A DNA stretch of 64,000 nt from Heterodontus francisci (taxonomy: Eukaryota), in assembly GCF_036365525.1 (NCBI RefSeq), contig NC_090400.1, positions 30,834,534 to 30,898,533 of the forward strand, in the 5' to 3' direction. Below, in pieces: positions 62,001-64,000 of this stretch. Under the pieces are notes generated by a model, which saw nothing but the letters and a program-made list of their open reading frames with translations, did no database searches and had not been told where the DNA came from. A program made the translations under genes and the position numbers. Within the stretch, counting starts at the first letter, position 1; every line of letters begins with the position of its first letter.

Positions 62001-63480
62001 CGAGGGGTACGACCTCGATGTCTGCTACAAATGGTCACTTCGGATACGCTGAGCAGATTGCCAAATCTAAACAAGAATGAAGGCATCCCATTGGATCTAC
62101 AAGTGGACAGCATAAACATTGAGGTGGAAGATGTGCTCAAAATCGATTTATTGCATTTTGGTCAGCACAAATGTGACCAACTACAATCAGAAATAGCCAA
62201 TAACCCACAACTGGATGGCAGTGTGGAGAGTATTCATAGAAGGTTGGCCTGACATGGTAAAAGAGGTGCCAGAAGACCTCATATGCTTTTGGCCTTATAG
62301 AGATGAACTCAGTGTCTCGAGGCGTCAACTTCAAGGGAAAACAAGTGATTGTGCCCAAAGCTCCCCGACAGGACAACTTGTCACAACTTCACCAAGGCCA
62401 TATGGGCATAAAGAGAACAAGACGACTTGCACGAGACACTGCTTATTGGCCAGGGATCAACAGTGACATTGAAAAGTTAGTGAGGATGTGCAGGGCAATC
62501 CAGAGCCACCAGCCACAACAACGTAAAGAATCTCTACACCCTCACGAGGTTCCGTCAGTCCCTTGGTCCAAAATCGCCACTGATCTATTTTACGTTAATG
62601 GAGACGACTTTATCTCAGTCACCGATTATTTCTCCAAATTTCCAATGGTCAAGTAAAAGACACTTCAAGCGCTGTTGTTGCAGCCACATTGAGTGCCATG
62701 TTCCGTCTATTTGGTACACCTGAAGAAATCATTTCTGATAATGGGTCACAGTATATGGGCAAACCTTTCCGGGATATGTGAGCCAAATGGGGCATAAACC
62801 ATGTGACATCCTCACCACATTACCCTAGATCTAATGGTCTTGCCGAGTGAATGGTTCGCACAGTCAAATCACTTATCCTGAACTGTAGGCCAACAAAGCA
62901 AGATTTTCGCGTTGCCATGCTCCACCTCAGGGATACACCTATGGATATGAGCTTACTGTCACCGATCACGTTTGGCAGACGAGTGCAGATGTCTCTGCCT
63001 AGCCATCATCTGTCCAAATCCTCTGAGATGCAGGAGGCACTGCTCGAAAAACAAGGGAGAATGAAGATGGTGCATGACCAACATGCAGGGGCAGAACTAC
63101 CTCAGCTACGCATAGGACAAAAAGGCCGGGTCATACACCCCACAATGAAAGCATGGTTACCCGCACAGGTATCCAAAATATGCAGTGAGCCTAGGTCCTG
63201 CGAGATCACAACATCTAGCAGAGCGGTGTTGAGAAGCAACTGAAGCCAACTAAGAGAAGTGTGCAATGCTCCAATTGCGCACAGTGCACTCGAAAGACCA
63301 CACTCCGATGACGAGCGTGTGATGGAACAAAAGGCCAACAACCAACACATTGACAGCATGTCTGCAAACCAAAAACAGCCAAGGGTGAAATCTAGATTCC
63401 CAGAAGGTTATACCATAACCAGATCTGGAAGAGCTGTCAAACCATCAAATGATAGATGGACTTGTCAGTCTCTGTATTTG
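59003..63480 (+). pseudogene. Gypsy gag-pol, multiple stops and frameshifts
   Basis: Gag MDTKFSSL.. with twin knuckles CGKCGWSH..C / CKACGAKQH..C. Protease DTGASANIL. RT IRVCLDPRHLN..SKLDAKHGYW|..RLPFGL. RNase H KPIAFGS..E.ETLA. Integrase LHQGHMGI..YWPGI, SDNG, HYPRSNGLAE. Terminal TRSGRAVKP. Confidence 0.93.
60737..61155 (-). mobile_element. Composite SINE (tRNA-like head of a second family fused to a full HE1-like SINE) inside the Gypsy RT
   Basis: Single TSD CACCTAG (60730-60736, 61156-61162). HE1 part 60737-~61044; extra head ~61045-61154 reads GGCAGTGGCATAGTGG...GGGTTTGAATCCC on the minus strand. Confidence 0.88.
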
Positions 63481-63612
63481 TAAATTTCACAATCCCTATC
63501 CTTATACCCGTAAATTTTATAATCTATATTTCATGTAACTAATTTTGATGTTATCTAATTTTGTGTGCTTTTACTTGTAGCATACACGGCTTATCTTTGG
63601 AAAGAAAGGGGA

Positions 63613-63853
63613 TGTTGTGTGATTGTCTTTAAGATCTAGTGTACTAATGAGCTAAGTACCAGGATGTAGTCATGTGACTACAAGCCAGAGTCACTCTGCA
63701 AATGTAACACCTAGAGGAAGGTTCTGTAAATAGTTTGCTCTGTACTGTACATACTAGTTTAGCTGTTAACAAACCTGTTAGAGATCTTCAACGAACTGGA
63801 CTCCACGCACCTCATTTATGCTGCATAAGACAACATAAAGAAAACTCATTACA
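63613..63853 (+). repeat. 3' LTR
   Basis: TGTTGTGT...CTCATTACA, between the PPT and the ATTGG TSD. Confidence 0.93.
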
Positions 63854-64000
63854 ATTGGGTGGTGCACTTCAGGCTTATAATAAGAAAGTGCTTCCTGCCT
63901 GCTGCTATCTTGGAGGTTTAGCTGCCTACTTTGTGCTTAGAAAATTAGGTACATTGCTATCAAATTTCTACATCATTGTTTCCCTGCAGAATTAGTTGTT

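Larger units (their letters stand above)
58073..63853 (+). mobile_element. Full-length Mag-type Ty3/Gypsy LTR retrotransposon (defective)
   Basis: Two homologous TG..CA LTRs, TSD ATTGG (58068-58072, 63854-63858), PBS, PPT GGAAAGAAAGGGGA (63599-63612), gag-PR-RT-RH-IN order. Confidence 0.96.

Noticed and set aside
1-64000. Prokaryote-style systems (CRISPR array, operons, defence islands)
   Set aside because: No regularly spaced repeat-spacer array or dense coding. The content is vertebrate interspersed repeats.
1-64000. Uni-strand piRNA-cluster-like organisation
   Set aside because: TE fragments lie on both strands with no clear bias. Only small-RNA data could test this.

Overview
Eukaryotic, gene-poor, repeat-rich DNA, almost certainly vertebrate and most likely a shark or ray, judging by HE1-type V-SINEs with CR1/HER1 tails, Deu-domain SINE pieces and abundant CR1 LINEs. 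I recognised no intact host gene; every ORF I could assign is a decayed transposon frame and the rest look like chance frames. The window is a deep stack of nested mobile elements. It holds many CR1 LINEs (one near full length at ~36.2-44.2 kb carrying three younger insertions), an RTE LINE, L2 and Vingi/Ingi-like fragments, a decayed two-gene PIF/Harbinger transposon split by a CR1, and Harbinger-type MITEs. LTR elements include a full-length Mag-type Ty3/Gypsy provirus (58073-63853, LTRs, PBS, PPT, 5-bp TSD), a truncated Gmr1-like Gypsy and two solo LTRs. Short Penelope-type repeats carry minimal hammerhead-ribozyme motifs. The best leads are a dimeric SINE inserted as one unit, a hammerhead-bearing palindrome with a 16-bp TSD, a hairpin conserved at the ends of two divergent LTRs, an exact 26-nt match between a Gypsy and a Harbinger, and two local fold-back duplications. 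I cannot claim a new biological system from the sequence alone. Family names come from motif recognition by eye, not database searches; boundaries without a TSD are approximate.
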